A stretch of DNA of 64,000 nucleotides from Mobula hypostoma (taxonomy: Eukaryota): the NCBI RefSeq assembly GCF_963921235.1, contig NC_086097.1, forward strand, positions 83,392,001 to 83,456,000, given 5' to 3'. Under the pieces are notes generated by a model. The model saw only the letters and a list, made by a program, of their open reading frames with translations. It did no database searches and had not been told where the DNA came from. The translations under genes were made by a program, and so were the position numbers. Shown piece by piece: positions 62,030 to 64,000 of the stretch (its first letter is position 1; each line of letters begins with the position of its first letter).

Positions 62030-62625
62030 CTTACGATGGTTGTGGGGGATTCAAAATGCAGGCAAATTGGGAAAGTCAAGTTGATTACGGATCCCAAGAG
62101 AGGAATTTGTAGCACGCCAATGAAATGACTTTTAGAGCAGCAAATGCAATAGGGAAAAGGCAATTCTGGATTGGATGTTCCGTAATGAACCAGATTTTCT
62201 TAGGAAGCTTAAGGTAAAGAAACCGTTAGGAGGCAGTGATCATAATGCGATAAAATTCACTCTGAGTTTGAGAAGGAGAAGTTAAAATCAGATGTATCAG
62301 TATTACAGTGAAGTAAAGAGAACCTCAGACGCATGAGAAAGAAGCTGGCCAAAGTTGATTGGAATGGGACACGAGCAGGGATGACGGCAGTGCAGCAACG
62401 GTTGGAGTTTCTGGGAGTCATTCGGAAGACATTGGATCACTTCATCCCAAAGAAGATGAGGCTTTCTAAAGGGAGGATGAGGCATCCATGGCTGACAAGG
62501 GAAGTCAAAGTGGCTTTTAAAAGCCAATAGAACACAACTAAAAAAAAATAAGGATAGAAAAGATGAAATATGAAGGTAAGTTTGCCAATAATACAAAATA
62601 GGATACAAACTTTTTCAGATATATA
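62030..62625 (+). mobile_element. CR1 LINE ORF2 internal remnant
   Basis: AILDWMFRNEP..KPLGGSDHN; MRKKLAKVDW..HPWLTREVK. Similar to 18430-18900. Confidence 0.75.
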
Positions 62626-63236
62626 CGTTCAAGTTTATTGCCGACTGACTGTACATATATACAACCAAACAAAACAACGTTCCTTCAGACCACAGTGCAC
62701 CCATAAAAGATATATCACACACAACACATAAAATAAAATAATATCACAAATAAGTTAATAAAATATAATGCAAAGTGCACGTGATAGTCAGCTCAGATAA
62801 ACATTAAACAGTAAACAGCTTGCTGTCCCAGTAACAAGAGCCTCGGTTATGGCAGGGTATTTATAGTCTTACAGCCTGAAGGTTCAATAGGTTCGATAGG
62901 TATATTTAATGTCAGAGGAATGTATACAATATACATCCCAAAATTCTTTTTCTTTGCAAGCATCCACGAAAACAGAGGAATACCCCAAAGAACGAGGAAC
63001 AGTGAAAATATTAGAGCCGCAAAGCTCCCCACAGCTCCCCCTCCCACGCACATGCAGTAGCAAGGCAATGACCCTTCCCCACAAGCAAAAACAGCATTGG
63101 CGCCCCCCCCCCACCAAGCACTCAGGCGTGCAGCAAAGCATCAATAAAGACACAGACTTGCAGTACCCCAAAGACTACTTGTTCACTCAGTAATTCGACA
63201 TGCCATGGGCTCTATCGAACCTATTGAACCCTTAGG

Positions 63237-63933
63237 CTGTAAGAGAAGATGGCCGTGCGACGCAGCACACGTGGCCTCTCCGAATTGATATCGTATTTGT
63301 GAAGTAGGATGCCATGCACAATCCTGATTTGATGGAGACAGCCGTGAGAAACACGGAGGAACATCTGGAGAAACTTCTGAAATGCCTGCTTCGCTGCTGC
63401 TGCTACTGTGCAAATCGAGAATCTCCAGAGGGGAAGGCCCCAAATCCTCGGCTTTGCCTATTGCCTGTTGCCAGGGCCGGGGTCGAAGCGCTCAACAGAG
63501 ATGGTGCTCGGTGCTTGGTGTCGGAGAGCTGGGCAAAGGCTCGAAGTTTTCCGACGGACTCGGAGTCGGACTGTGGTCGGGTGCTTCCAGGATGCTGCAT
63601 CGGCAAGTTTGTGGTGCTGGAAGCTCATGGTAGGAAGAGTTTTCTTCCTTCAACCATCTGCGTGAGATAATGGGACTTTCAAGAGACTTAGAAACTTTTT
63701 TTACCGTGCCCATGGTCTGTTCTTCTATCAAGTTATGGTATTGCTTGCACTGTTGTAACTATATGTTATAATTATGTGGTTTTTGTCAGCTTTTTTTAGT
63801 CTTGGTTTGTCTTGTGTTTCTGTGATATCATTCTGGAGGAACATTGTATCATTTCTTAATGCATGCATTACTAAATGACAATAAAAGAGGACTGTGTGTC
63901 CTCATAATCTAATCTAATCTAATCTAATCTAAT
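63237..63933 (+). mobile_element. Non-autonomous retroposon with (TCTAA)n tail, same family as 56290-56975
   Basis: Starts aagagaagatggc and ends aataaaagaggactgtgtgtcctca followed by about five TCTAA units. A third 3' fragment lies at 61303-61371 (minus). Confidence 0.78.
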
Positions 63934-64000
63934 CTCTCTCTCCCCAATAAGGGGAACAAGGTGTCCCCGTTTCACAGCAAGAGCGGAGACATAACAAACA

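Overview
Eukaryotic, repeat-rich vertebrate DNA. The repeat families (CR1, Penelope-like with hammerhead motifs, Rex1/Babar, HE1-type SINE) suggest a cartilaginous fish, probably a ray; this is inference. The left 36 kb holds the last nine coding exons of a + strand CRIM1-like gene: 4 antistasin domains, 3 VWC domains, a stalk, a TM helix and a cytoplasmic tail. All have GT-AG boundaries and consistent phases. The gene lacks one VWC exon and the C-terminal PDZ-type tail of canonical CRIM1, so it looks like a divergent paralogue. The right 28 kb is intergenic and full of nested transposable elements. The main finding is a complete Gypsy-type provirus (56018-60848, minus strand, two LTRs, 5-bp TSD CCCTC) in which nearly all of the RT/RNaseH/integrase region is replaced by an intronless RBM25 cDNA fragment, i.e. 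LTR-retrotransposon capture of a host mRNA. Other findings are minimal hammerhead ribozymes in Penelope-like termini, a TSD-flanked ORF1-only L1 derivative, a 49-bp templated insertion at a breakpoint, and a solo LTR inside an internally inverted Penelope copy. All family assignments are by eye, without database searches.
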